A model generated the notes under the pieces. That model did no database searches. It was not told where the DNA came from and worked only from the letters and a program-made list of their open reading frames with translations. The position numbers and the translations under genes are program-made. A stretch of DNA of 58,708 nt from Verrucomicrobiales bacterium (GTDB lineage Bacteria; Verrucomicrobiota; Verrucomicrobiia; Verrucomicrobiales; V1-33), in contig JANOAV010000001.1 of assembly GCA_031411295.1 (NCBI GenBank), positions 1 to 58,708 of the forward strand, in the 5' to 3' direction. Position 1 is the first letter of the stretch; every line of letters begins with the position of its first letter. Below, piece after piece: positions 10,046 through 18,389 of the stretch.

Positions 10046-10786
10046 ATGAGCACGCTCAAACTTCTCATTACCGGAGCCAAAGGCCGCATGGGCCAGGCCC
10101 TGATTGCCGCCGCTGCGGCTGAACCCAACGCCGAAGCGCATCGCACGATTGATGTGGGTGACGCGCTGCTGCCATCCCTGGAGGCTTGCGAGGCGGTTAT
10201 CGACTTCAGTCACCACAGCTTCGCCACGGAGTTAGTGGCGGCTTGTGTGAAAAACAAAACCCCGTTAGTCATCGGCACCACTGGCCACACCGACGCGGAA
10301 CTGGAGATCATTTCCGCCGCCGCCCAGCAGATTCCCATCGTGAAGGCGGGGAATTACAGCATCGGGGTGAACACGCTCTTCTGGCTCACCCGCAAGGCTG
10401 CCGAAATTCTGGGCGATTCGTTTGATCTGGAAGTGCTGGAAATGCACCACAACAAGAAGATCGATGCCCCCAGCGGCACGGCGCGTCGTTTGGTGGAAGT
10501 GCTCACGGAAGTGCGCGATTTGGACTACAAAAAGCACGTGGCGCACGGTCGGGAAGGGAACATCGGGGCACGCCCGAAACAGGAGATCGGCCTGCATGCG
10601 ATCCGCGGTGGAGACGTGGTGGGAGACCACACCGTTATTTACGCCGCCCAAGGCGAGCGCGTGGAATTGACCCACAAAGCCAGCAGCCGGGAAATTTTCG
10701 CCAACGGAGCCGTCCGAGCCGCCCTCTGGCTGCGCGGCAAGCCCGCCGGGCTCTATGACATGGAAGACGTGCTGGGATTGCGGTAA
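10046..10786 (+). CDS. dapB: 4-hydroxy-tetrahydrodipicolinate reductase
   Basis: GAKGRMG, IGTTG, EMHHNKKIDAPSGTA, RGGDVVGDH motifs; adjacent to dapA. Confidence 0.97.
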   Translation: MSTLKLLITGAKGRMGQALIAAAAAEPNAEAHRTIDVGDALLPSLEACEAVIDFSHHSFATELVAACVKNKTPLVIGTTGHTDAELEIISAAAQQIPIVKAGNYSIGVNTLFWLTRKAAEILGDSFDLEVLEMHHNKKIDAPSGTARRLVEVLTEVRDLDYKKHVAHGREGNIGARPKQEIGLHAIRGGDVVGDHTVIYAAQGERVELTHKASSREIFANGAVRAALWLRGKPAGLYDMEDVLGLR

Positions 10787-10848
10787 TGGTTGGACAATAG
10801 GACCCGGAGGACCGATAGGGCGGATGGGACCTATCTATCCACTCCTCC

Positions 10849-12543
10849 ATGACTCTGAAATATCTCCTCCTCCGATCCTGCCTGCCGCTGATGGCATTTC
10901 CCTTTCTCAGCCACGCTGAGCCGCTGAGTTCGATCGACATCTTTGGGATCGGCAGTTGCCACACGAATAATCGCACGGTCAAAGACATGGAGCGGTGGAT
11001 TCCGCAGATGGCGGAGGCGGGGATTTCCTTTCACCGCACGTGTCAGACGAATTGGTCGGCAGTGGAGCCTGCGGAAGGTAAATGGGCGTGGGAGGAGTTG
11101 GATCGGGAAATGGCGTATCTGACCGAACATCAGATGAGCTGCGGGGGCCTCTTGCTGGGCAGTGTGCCGTGGGACAAGCGGTCCGTGGGCTTGCCAGTGG
11201 ACAATCTGCCGGCCTGGAGCAACTACGTTTCCCAAGTGGTGAAGCATTTGCAGGGGAAGGTGAAGTATTGGGAAGTGTGGAACGAGCCGCCGAATTTTAT
11301 CGGCCCCAAGCAAACGCCTGCGGACTATGCCAAGATCGTGATCAGCGCCTATGATGCGGCCAAGGCCGCAGATCCCACGTGTCTGGTGGGGTTGGCCGCC
11401 AAGTCCGTGCATGTGAATTTCCTGGAGCAAGTGCTGCTGGCCGGAGCGAACGATCATTTCGACTACATCACCCTGCATCCGTATGAAGTGCTGGGATCGG
11501 TGGCCGATGGCAATGGCACAGAGGCGGTTTACCTGAACATCGTGCCCGCAGTGCGGAAAATGTTGGCGGTGCAGAATCCCGCCAAGGCCAACGTGCCGAT
11601 TCTCTTTACGGAGTTAGGCGCAGACATTCGCAAGGGCGTGGACTATCCTGCGCAGGCTCTGGTGAAAGGCTACAGCATGGGGATCGCGCAGGGTGTGAGC
11701 TACATCAACTGGTTCGAGGGTCGCGATGGTGATAGCGGACCCATGGGCCTGCTGGACGACAAGGGCGTGCCGCGTCCGGCCTACATGGCCATGAAACAAA
11801 TGATTCTGCATCTGGGGCAGCATCCGCAGTATCTTGGTTGGGTGTTAGTGGACGACTGGAATTACGGGTTCATTTTCCAAGGAGCGAAGGGACCGGTCCT
11901 GAGCACTTGGGCGCGAGGCGCGGCAGATCATGTAAAATTCGGTCAGCCGGTGGACATCGTGAATCCCCTGACTGGCACTACCAGCAAGGCGGATAGCTAC
12001 GCGTTAACAAAGGCACCCATTCTGGTGCTGAATCCACCAGCCAGCTTGGTGAAACAAGCGCAGGCCAACAAACTGCTGCCCTTGCCGTGGGGAGGTGATT
12101 TATCCAAAGCGAAATCCGTGTCCATCACCATGGAAGGCGACGTGGCGGAAAACGGCCTGCACACGCTGTCAGGCGATGCGATTGGCGCCTCCGTGCTGGC
12201 CTACGGCGGCTCTGGGCGTGCGGGGAATGTGCCGGGCGGAAATGCCTTTGTGGTGGATCCGCAATTCCTGTGCTACACCGCCACGCCCATCGAAATCAAA
12301 GTCGTGGTGCGACGAAACCCCGCCAACGATAACGCAGGCTTCAAGCTGGTTTACGAATCCACCAACGGCTTGAAGGGAGGGAATTGGTTCACGATCCCCG
12401 ACAACAAACAGTGGCACACCATCAGTTGGAAAATCACCGACGCGCAGTTCGTCAGCATGTGGGGCTACAACTTCACGCTGGAATCCGACGGCAACCAATT
12501 CAACAAATACTTCATCCAGAGCGTGACCGTCACGAAATTATAA
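10849..12543 (+). CDS. Secreted clan GH-A glycoside hydrolase (GH39/GH5-like) with C-terminal accessory domain
   Basis: Signal peptide; YWEVWNEP acid/base motif, LHPY, ILFTELG nucleophile motif. Confidence 0.8.
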   Translation: MTLKYLLLRSCLPLMAFPFLSHAEPLSSIDIFGIGSCHTNNRTVKDMERWIPQMAEAGISFHRTCQTNWSAVEPAEGKWAWEELDREMAYLTEHQMSCGGLLLGSVPWDKRSVGLPVDNLPAWSNYVSQVVKHLQGKVKYWEVWNEPPNFIGPKQTPADYAKIVISAYDAAKAADPTCLVGLAAKSVHVNFLEQVLLAGANDHFDYITLHPYEVLGSVADGNGTEAVYLNIVPAVRKMLAVQNPAKANVPILFTELGADIRKGVDYPAQALVKGYSMGIAQGVSYINWFEGRDGDSGPMGLLDDKGVPRPAYMAMKQMILHLGQHPQYLGWVLVDDWNYGFIFQGAKGPVLSTWARGAADHVKFGQPVDIVNPLTGTTSKADSYALTKAPILVLNPPASLVKQAQANKLLPLPWGGDLSKAKSVSITMEGDVAENGLHTLSGDAIGASVLAYGGSGRAGNVPGGNAFVVDPQFLCYTATPIEIKVVVRRNPANDNAGFKLVYESTNGLKGGNWFTIPDNKQWHTISWKITDAQFVSMWGYNFTLESDGNQFNKYFIQSVTVTKL

Positions 12544-12684
12544 TTCCGGAGGAATTAGCGGAAGAACTTTTGACATCCAGCGTTAAATCACTACCTTCAC
12601 CAACGCGATGGCGCTGCCGCAACGGTAGCACAAAGCAAGTTTCTCCCTGAGTTCACCCACCGTAACTCGCTGAGAATCAAACAA

Positions 12685-12766
12685 GCCGAGGTGGCGAAAT
12701 TGGTAGACGCGCCAGACTTAGGATCTGGTTCCGCAAGGCGTAGGGGTTCGAGTCCCCTCCTCGGCA
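12685..12766 (+). tRNA. tRNA-Leu(TAG)
   Basis: Acceptor stem GCCGAGG/CCTCGGC+A, D-arm, anticodon arm CCAGA-CTTAGGA-TCTGG, long variable arm, GGTTCGAGTCC T-arm; CCA not encoded. Confidence 0.97.
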
Positions 12767-12807
12767 TTCTTTCTAAATCAAGGGTTGGCGCGGTTTCTGG
12801 AATAGCA
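12716..12807 (+). repeat. attL (92-bp direct repeat starting at the tRNA anticodon loop)
   Basis: Identical to 25188-25279 from ACTTAGGATCTGG to GGAATAGCA. Confidence 0.95.
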
Positions 12808-12830
12808 GATTTTCCGCCGAATTGACAAAA

Positions 12831-12854
12831 GGTAACTGTTTGGGTAACTGTTAC
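12831..12854 (+). promoter_or_regulatory. Putative integrase arm-type sites (GGTAACT x2) beside a TTGACA -35 box
   Basis: GGTAACTGTT at 12831 and 12843; matching pair at 25051/25062; TTGACA at 12822. Confidence 0.6.
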
Positions 12855-12857
12855 GCC

Positions 12858-14058
12858 ATGAAAGCCCGTGAAATCCCCTCCCAAGTAAACCCGCCCCTGC
12901 GGCGTCCCCGTGACAAGCGTGTCTGTGATTCCAGGGGCCGCCCGGTGAAGTATCTCTATGAGCGAGGGGGGAGAATCTCCGCTGTGATGAAGATAGCGGG
13001 TCCGGATGGCGCGAAAAAGGCGCGGCGGTTTTCTCTCTACAATTTGGACCGCTCCCCTGTGAAAAATTGCACGGAGGCGTCGGAAGCCTTGGCTCGGTTG
13101 CTGGTTGACCGCATGGCGGATTCTTTGCCAACGGGGGGGGCGCAAGCCGCTCTTTTCCGTATTCGTTGACGCCTACTTGCTCAAGCCTGCCCACTTGGGA
13201 AAGAAACCTGGGACGCGCCAAAATGAGAAATTAACGCTGGCCTTGTGGAAAGCCCATCTTGGCGGGGTGAGAGTGGACAAAATCACAACGGCTATGATCG
13301 GGGCCTTTCAGGAAATGCGGCTTGCAGGTTCTCTCACGGTGGGCGGCAAATCATACCGGGCTGTTTCGTCCAGGACTGCAAACCTTGATGTTGTGCTCTT
13401 GCGCAATGTGCTCAACGCCGCGCTTGATGAGGGGTATCTGCGAGCAGTGCCGGTGGTGAAGAAATTGAAGGAGCGCGCCCCGTTGAAAAAACGATTACTC
13501 ACAGGTGAGGAAATGACCCGGCTGATTGCGTGCTGTGCTTCTGCCTGCAAATTGAACGGAGAGCAGCTTGCAGACTATCTCCGCTTTCTAGCCTATAGTG
13601 GAGCGCGGGAGCAAGAGGCATTGCGCATCAAGTGGGAGAATGTGAATTTCGACGGGCAACGTCTGACCGTGGGGGCCGATGGCGACACGAAAAATGGGCA
13701 GTCTCGCAGCGTTAATTTTACAGGACCGCTGGCGTCCTTGCTGGCGGAAATGAAGGGTCGCCGCGCCCCGGATAGTTGCTGGCTGTTTCCTTCCCCGCGT
13801 CGAGGGGGAAAGGATCTGCGGGCGATTAGCTTCAAGGAAAGCCTGGCCATGGCTCGCGATGCGGCCGGGGTGCCGTGGTTGGGGTTCCACCACTTGCGGC
13901 ATTACTTCGTTTCGTCGTGTGTTATGTCGGGGTTGGATTTTATGACCATTGCGGCCTGGGTGGGGCATCAAGACGGGGGTGTTCTGATCGGCAAAGTTTA
14001 CGGGCATTTGGCGGATGAACATAAAAAAGCCGCCGCTGCCAAAGTGAGCTTTGCGTGA
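12858..14058 (+). pseudogene. Tyrosine integrase split by a +1 frameshift at the G8 run 13133-13140 (399 aa if one G is removed)
   Basis: Catalytic SGAREQE, TKNG, HHLRH, VGH, VY in 13105..14058; N-terminal ORF from 12858 joins in frame as ..LPTGG-RKPLFSVF with G7. Confidence 0.85.
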
Positions 14059-14140
14059 ATTTCCGAAATCAGGCTTCACCGCTTCACTAAACGTGAGAAC
14101 CGTTGATTTCACTAGGGGAGCCATGGTGAAGCCTTGTGAA
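14055..14140. repeat. Cluster of six TTCAC/GTGAA pentamers (iteron-like), left site
   Basis: GTGAA at 14055, 14126, 14136; TTCAC at 14075, 14083, 14108. Confidence 0.6.
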
Positions 14141-14176
14141 ACGCGGTTTTTTTCGGGCTCCACTTTGCCCGGTCTC

Positions 14177-14488
14177 CGCCAGCTCGTGGCGGTTCGTCCA
14201 AGGATGCACGCTGCGGGCCGTTGTCGGCGTGGCCGGTGTGATGAGCTGGCATCATGCCTTTGGTGCCGTGGTGGTGCCGTCCCTGGGATCGATGGCTCCG
14301 GCGTGGTGGTCGCCAGCTCGTGGACGCGTGGCGTGGTTCGTCCAGGATGCACGCTGCGGGCCGTTGGTGGGGTGGCCGGTGTGCTGAGCTGGCATCATGC
14401 CTTTGGTGCCGTGGTGGTGCCGTCCCTGGGATCGATGGCTCCGGCGTGGTGATCGCTAGCTCGTTGTCGGTGTGGCCGGTGATCGATG
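14177..14488 (+). repeat. Left array of the ~139-bp repeat (2 copies plus degenerate tail)
   Basis: GTTCGTCCA unit starts at 14192 and 14336; near-identical to units at 23931-24387. Confidence 0.92.
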
Positions 14489-14513
14489 GGGCTCGCCCTG
14501 TTCCTACCAACTC

Positions 14514-14590
14514 GGCACACCATTATCCGGCTTAAATGGACTCCCCTTTGGACACCCCTTTGGACACCACGGCACACCCTGCGGCACACC
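14514..14590 (+). repeat. Short direct repeats GG(A/CA)CACC with ~12-bp period
   Basis: GGACTCCCCTTT-GGACACCCCTTT-GGACACCAC-GGCACACCCTGC-GGCACACC, plus GGCACACC at 14514. Confidence 0.7.
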
Positions 14591-14709
14591 TATTAGCCCC
14601 CTGAAAAATATCGTTTTGTGGGGGTGCGTGCGCTGATTTTCCGGGTGGGCGATTTGACGGGCCTCCGTTGATGCCATGGCGCAATTCCGCGCATGCAACC
14701 TTATGAAAT

Positions 14710-14943
14710 ATGCAAACGAGTGAACAAATTGATACAGAGCCGCCAATATCGGTTTCTAAGTTTATGGAGCAAACCGGGTTAAGTTCCGCCACTGTCTGGC
14801 GATACCGCCAGAGAGGATGGCTCATAACTAGCAATATCGCGGGTAGGCTCTATATTTCTAGGGCGGATCTTGGCGAATTTAACCGCCGGATGAAGGCGGG
14901 CGAATTCGCGCAGCAAGTGGAGGTGGGGAAAAAGGGGGCCTAG
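14710..14943 (+). CDS. AlpA/excisionase-like HTH protein
   Basis: ISVSKFMEQTGLSSATVWRYRQRGWL...GRLYISRADL; position after the integrase. Confidence 0.85.
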   Translation: MQTSEQIDTEPPISVSKFMEQTGLSSATVWRYRQRGWLITSNIAGRLYISRADLGEFNRRMKAGEFAQQVEVGKKGA

Positions 14944-14944
14944 T

Positions 14945-15415
14945 ATGAGTGAGCTTTTTCCATCCTCTGAGTTTCTATCCACTTCGGATTTGCCGCCGCT
15001 ATTTGCGGCCATGTTGGCTGAGAAAAAAGCAGCCGCGGCGGTTGTGGCATTGGCGAAAGTATTACGTGCATCGTGTCTGCTTTGCGCTGCGGATGAAGGG
15101 GCTACGCGGTGGGACCGATGTTCAAGCTTTATTCGTTGGCTGCTAACACCTGAGTCATCGCGGGTGCTGCATTGTCTCGCTGATGGGGCTCGGGCTGCGG
15201 TGGCGAGTGGGAAGACGCCCCCATTTGGCTCTGATCGCTTCGCGCGGAGTGTGGCCTTTGATCATTCCTTTGCTATGCCAAATGAGCTGTTACCTCTCTA
15301 CTTGGCTGCAACGGCGCGGGCCTTCCCTGGTGTGGCGCAATGGCTCCGGGTTGAAACGCCTGAGGCGGTGCTGGTGAAGGAATACGATTGGAATCCTCTG
15401 CAAACCACAAGCTAG
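14945..15415 (+). CDS. Hypothetical protein
   Basis: Tightly packed in the operon between the AlpA-like gene and the primase. Confidence 0.6.
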   Translation: MSELFPSSEFLSTSDLPPLFAAMLAEKKAAAAVVALAKVLRASCLLCAADEGATRWDRCSSFIRWLLTPESSRVLHCLADGARAAVASGKTPPFGSDRFARSVAFDHSFAMPNELLPLYLAATARAFPGVAQWLRVETPEAVLVKEYDWNPLQTTS

Positions 15416-15419
15416 ACTA

Positions 15420-15713
15420 ATGCACCGTCCGTCCATGCCCTTCCCGCGCTACCGATTAGCGAACCGCTGGCACCTGCACTATGTGAAGGGTGTGAGGGGT
15501 TGCTATCTGGTGCCGGGCGGGGATGGCTGGGGATCATTTTTGCCATCGCAAGTGAGAGAGTTGCTAGTATCAAAAGGGCTGAGTCGCCAATGCCGGAAGG
15601 GTGATCGATGCAGCCAAGTTGATTGGTTGCTTGAATTTGTTCGTAGGAATCGTTGTGTTGAGGCTGGGAGTTTCCTACGCCTTCCCCGCTCTTACCGTGG
15701 GGGTGATCTGTGA
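15420..15713 (+). CDS. Small protein resembling the N-terminal domain of the downstream helicase
   Basis: G..G..SQVD.L...V...R.V pattern shared with 16786..18357; GTGA overlap with the primase. Confidence 0.6.
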   Translation: MHRPSMPFPRYRLANRWHLHYVKGVRGCYLVPGGDGWGSFLPSQVRELLVSKGLSRQCRKGDRCSQVDWLLEFVRRNRCVEAGSFLRLPRSYRGGDL

Positions 15714-16789
15714 GCAATTCCGCCAATCGCGCCGGGCCTTCACCTCTTGATCTCGCCAAGGATGCGCTGCGTATTCCTGAGCTGGCGACAAAGCGCGGGT
15801 GGGAATGGGTGCCGGGAAAATCCTGCAGGACGCCCTACCGTCCTGACCGGAATGAATCGGGTTCGGTAATGAATGAGGGCCGTCTATTCCACGACTTCGC
15901 TAGCGGGGAAACCATGGACGCGCCCGCCCTGCTGGGGAAAATGGAAGACATGGACGCCCGGGCGGCCGCCAAGCTGTTTATTGAGCTGGCGGGAATTCGT
16001 CCAGGGGAATGGAGCGCAAGTAATCCTCGCCCTGCCTATGTTCCGCCCGTAGTGAAGGAGGAGCCCCACGAAAAGCCCATCCTGCCTAACTTGGGGCCTT
16101 TTTCGGAAACTGAGCGTCAAGCCTTGGCGGATCTGCGGGGGCTTTCATTGGAGGCGGTAAACATGACGTATCGGCGGGGGCTGCTGCATGGGTTGTGGTG
16201 GCGTGGGAGTCGTGCCTGGGCAATCACGGACCGGGAACGTTGGAATTGCCAGTGGAGACGATTGGATGGGGAACGATGGGAACGAAACGATAGTGAGCAC
16301 AAATTCAAATCTTGGGGTGTAAAGAGGCAAGGGGCCGCCCGTCCGCGTCCAGGCTGGCCAGTGGGCATTACTGAGACGGTGGGAGTGTCTCACGTGGCGT
16401 TCGTGGAAGGCGGGCCGGATTTGCTGGCGGCGTTCCATTTCATCCACCTTGCCCGCCGTGGCGGCATTGTCGCGCCAGTGGCGATGTTTGGCACCTCCCG
16501 CATTGATGCGCTGGCCTTGCCTATGTTGGCGGGGAAGCGCATTCGCCTTTTCTGCCATGCGGATGAAGCCAGCCTTGAAGCGGGAACAAAACGCCCCGGC
16601 CTTGAAGCCGCCGCCCGTTGGCAAGAACAACTTTTGGCCGTGGGCTGCATCGTTGATACCTGGGATTTTTCGGGGCTCGCTCGCCACGATGGCGCGCCTG
16701 TCGCTGACCTTTGCGACTACGCAAATCTTTGCGCTGAGGATTACGAGAGAGAGAAAGCAAACCTTGATTCTATAATGATTTTTGAATGA
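15710..16789 (+). CDS. DnaG-like primase (degenerate CHC2 zinc-binding domain plus Toprim)
   Basis: CRTPYRPDRNES..FHDFASGE; Toprim VAFVEGGPDLLAA, LFCHAD, ADLCDY. Confidence 0.8.
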   Translation: MSNSANRAGPSPLDLAKDALRIPELATKRGWEWVPGKSCRTPYRPDRNESGSVMNEGRLFHDFASGETMDAPALLGKMEDMDARAAAKLFIELAGIRPGEWSASNPRPAYVPPVVKEEPHEKPILPNLGPFSETERQALADLRGLSLEAVNMTYRRGLLHGLWWRGSRAWAITDRERWNCQWRRLDGERWERNDSEHKFKSWGVKRQGAARPRPGWPVGITETVGVSHVAFVEGGPDLLAAFHFIHLARRGGIVAPVAMFGTSRIDALALPMLAGKRIRLFCHADEASLEAGTKRPGLEAAARWQEQLLAVGCIVDTWDFSGLARHDGAPVADLCDYANLCAEDYEREKANLDSIMIFE

Positions 16790-18357
16790 GTTCTAAACCA
16801 AAAGCAGCCAAGAAAACAGCCACGCCTAAAGGGAAACCATTAATGGAACCTGAGGTAAGCGGGAGCGTTCCCACTGGGCCCAAGAGCCGCGTGGGAAAGG
16901 TGGTGAAGCCTGACAAGAAAACCCCCGCCACTTTCCAGCCTGGGCCGCCAGCCACGCCGCCGCCGCCGCCATTTGATGCGCGGGCAGTGGCGGAGAAGCT
17001 GAATCTCTGGCGGGCCGATGGGGCGAAAGGTTGCCACTTTCGCGAGTCCAGGGACGGGGAATTTATCGATATGAGTGGGGATGACTTCTCTCGCTGTATG
17101 AAGCGCGAGGGCGTGCGATTGAAGCCCGCTGAGGGCGAGTATCTTTCACAGGTCGATCTGCTGAAAGATTACGTGCAAGAGGAGCGGCGCGTGGATTTCG
17201 CAATGTCCAATCTGGCCGGGTATGCCGCCGGGGTTTACTCTGTTTCTGGGGCCTCCATGCTGGTGAAGAAATCGCCAAAGCTGATAACTCCCGCCCCTGG
17301 GGATTGGTCGTTTCTGGAAAAGCTGATTGATCGATTGCTGGGAGGCGGTGCAACATCCTTGTCACAAGTGACGCTGTTTCATTGCTGGATGAAACTTGCG
17401 ATGGATCGCGAGCAACAAAGCGGCTTGGCGTTGATCCTGGCAGGGCCTCGGAATTGCGGGAAATCGCTACTGCAGCACTTGGTAATTACTCCATTGCTTG
17501 GGTGCCGCAACGCGGATCCCGGCCCTCACATGTTTGGAGACACAGACTTCAATGCTGAGCTGTTTGGCAGTGAGCATTTGCAAATGGAAGATCCCGCCCC
17601 GAAGCGCGGATTTAGTAGGGAAACCTTCGCGGAAAAGATCAAAGGAATTGTTGCGAATAACACGCATCGATTCCACCCAAAGGGGCGCGATGCTGTAACC
17701 TTGGCTCCAAAATGGCACCTGACAATTTCGGTCAATGATGATCCTGAAACCATGCGCATCATTCCAGATTTGCGGGATGACGTAACGGACAAGTTTATTT
17801 TGCTGCGGGTGCAGCGTCCATATGATGGGGATGGGTTTAATTTGCCCACGGTGCCAGAACGGCCTTTTTTCCGTTCACTCATAGCAAAGCAATTGCCCGC
17901 CTACGCTGCCTTTTTGCGAGATCTTGAGATTCCGAAAGAATACGCTTTCGGGCGGCTGGGGCTTGTTCCTTGGCAGAATCCTACGCTGGCGGGTGAACTC
18001 TTCACCGCGTCGCCATCGGGTAAGCTACTGAGCTTGATCGATGAAACCAAGCTGTGGGAGGCTTCAATCCGTGATGGCTTGCCGTCCGGGGCTGGGAGCT
18101 ATGCCGAAATCCGGGGCGAGCTGGAAAGGCATCTAACGCAAGGTGATGAGGCGAAAGCCTTCTTCAAGCATCAACAGATTGAGAAGCTGCTAGGCAAGCT
18201 CAAAGAGTCAAACCCTGATAGGGTCAAGCATGTTAGATTTACAAGTGGCCCTGAGAAAGGCCGCTTCTATTGGCAGATTTGCCAGCAACCCGCCCCAAAA
18301 ACTGAGCCCGCTTCCCAGCCCGCTCCTAATGAAGATTCCGAGCCTGACGGCTTTTAA
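16786..18357 (+). CDS. SF3-like primase-associated helicase (DUF5906-like)
   Basis: Walker A GPRNCGKS, Walker B LQMED, motif C ISVN; ATGA overlap with the primase. Confidence 0.8.
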   Translation: MSSKPKAAKKTATPKGKPLMEPEVSGSVPTGPKSRVGKVVKPDKKTPATFQPGPPATPPPPPFDARAVAEKLNLWRADGAKGCHFRESRDGEFIDMSGDDFSRCMKREGVRLKPAEGEYLSQVDLLKDYVQEERRVDFAMSNLAGYAAGVYSVSGASMLVKKSPKLITPAPGDWSFLEKLIDRLLGGGATSLSQVTLFHCWMKLAMDREQQSGLALILAGPRNCGKSLLQHLVITPLLGCRNADPGPHMFGDTDFNAELFGSEHLQMEDPAPKRGFSRETFAEKIKGIVANNTHRFHPKGRDAVTLAPKWHLTISVNDDPETMRIIPDLRDDVTDKFILLRVQRPYDGDGFNLPTVPERPFFRSLIAKQLPAYAAFLRDLEIPKEYAFGRLGLVPWQNPTLAGELFTASPSGKLLSLIDETKLWEASIRDGLPSGAGSYAEIRGELERHLTQGDEAKAFFKHQQIEKLLGKLKESNPDRVKHVRFTSGPEKGRFYWQICQQPAPKTEPASQPAPNEDSEPDGF

Positions 18358-18389
18358 CGAACCAACAAACCACCAACAATAACAATATT

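Noticed and set aside
13105..14488. Integron (IntI with attC-like repeats)
   Set aside because: I see no IntI-specific insertion in the integrase, it has tRNA att sites, and the repeats do not alternate with single-gene cassettes
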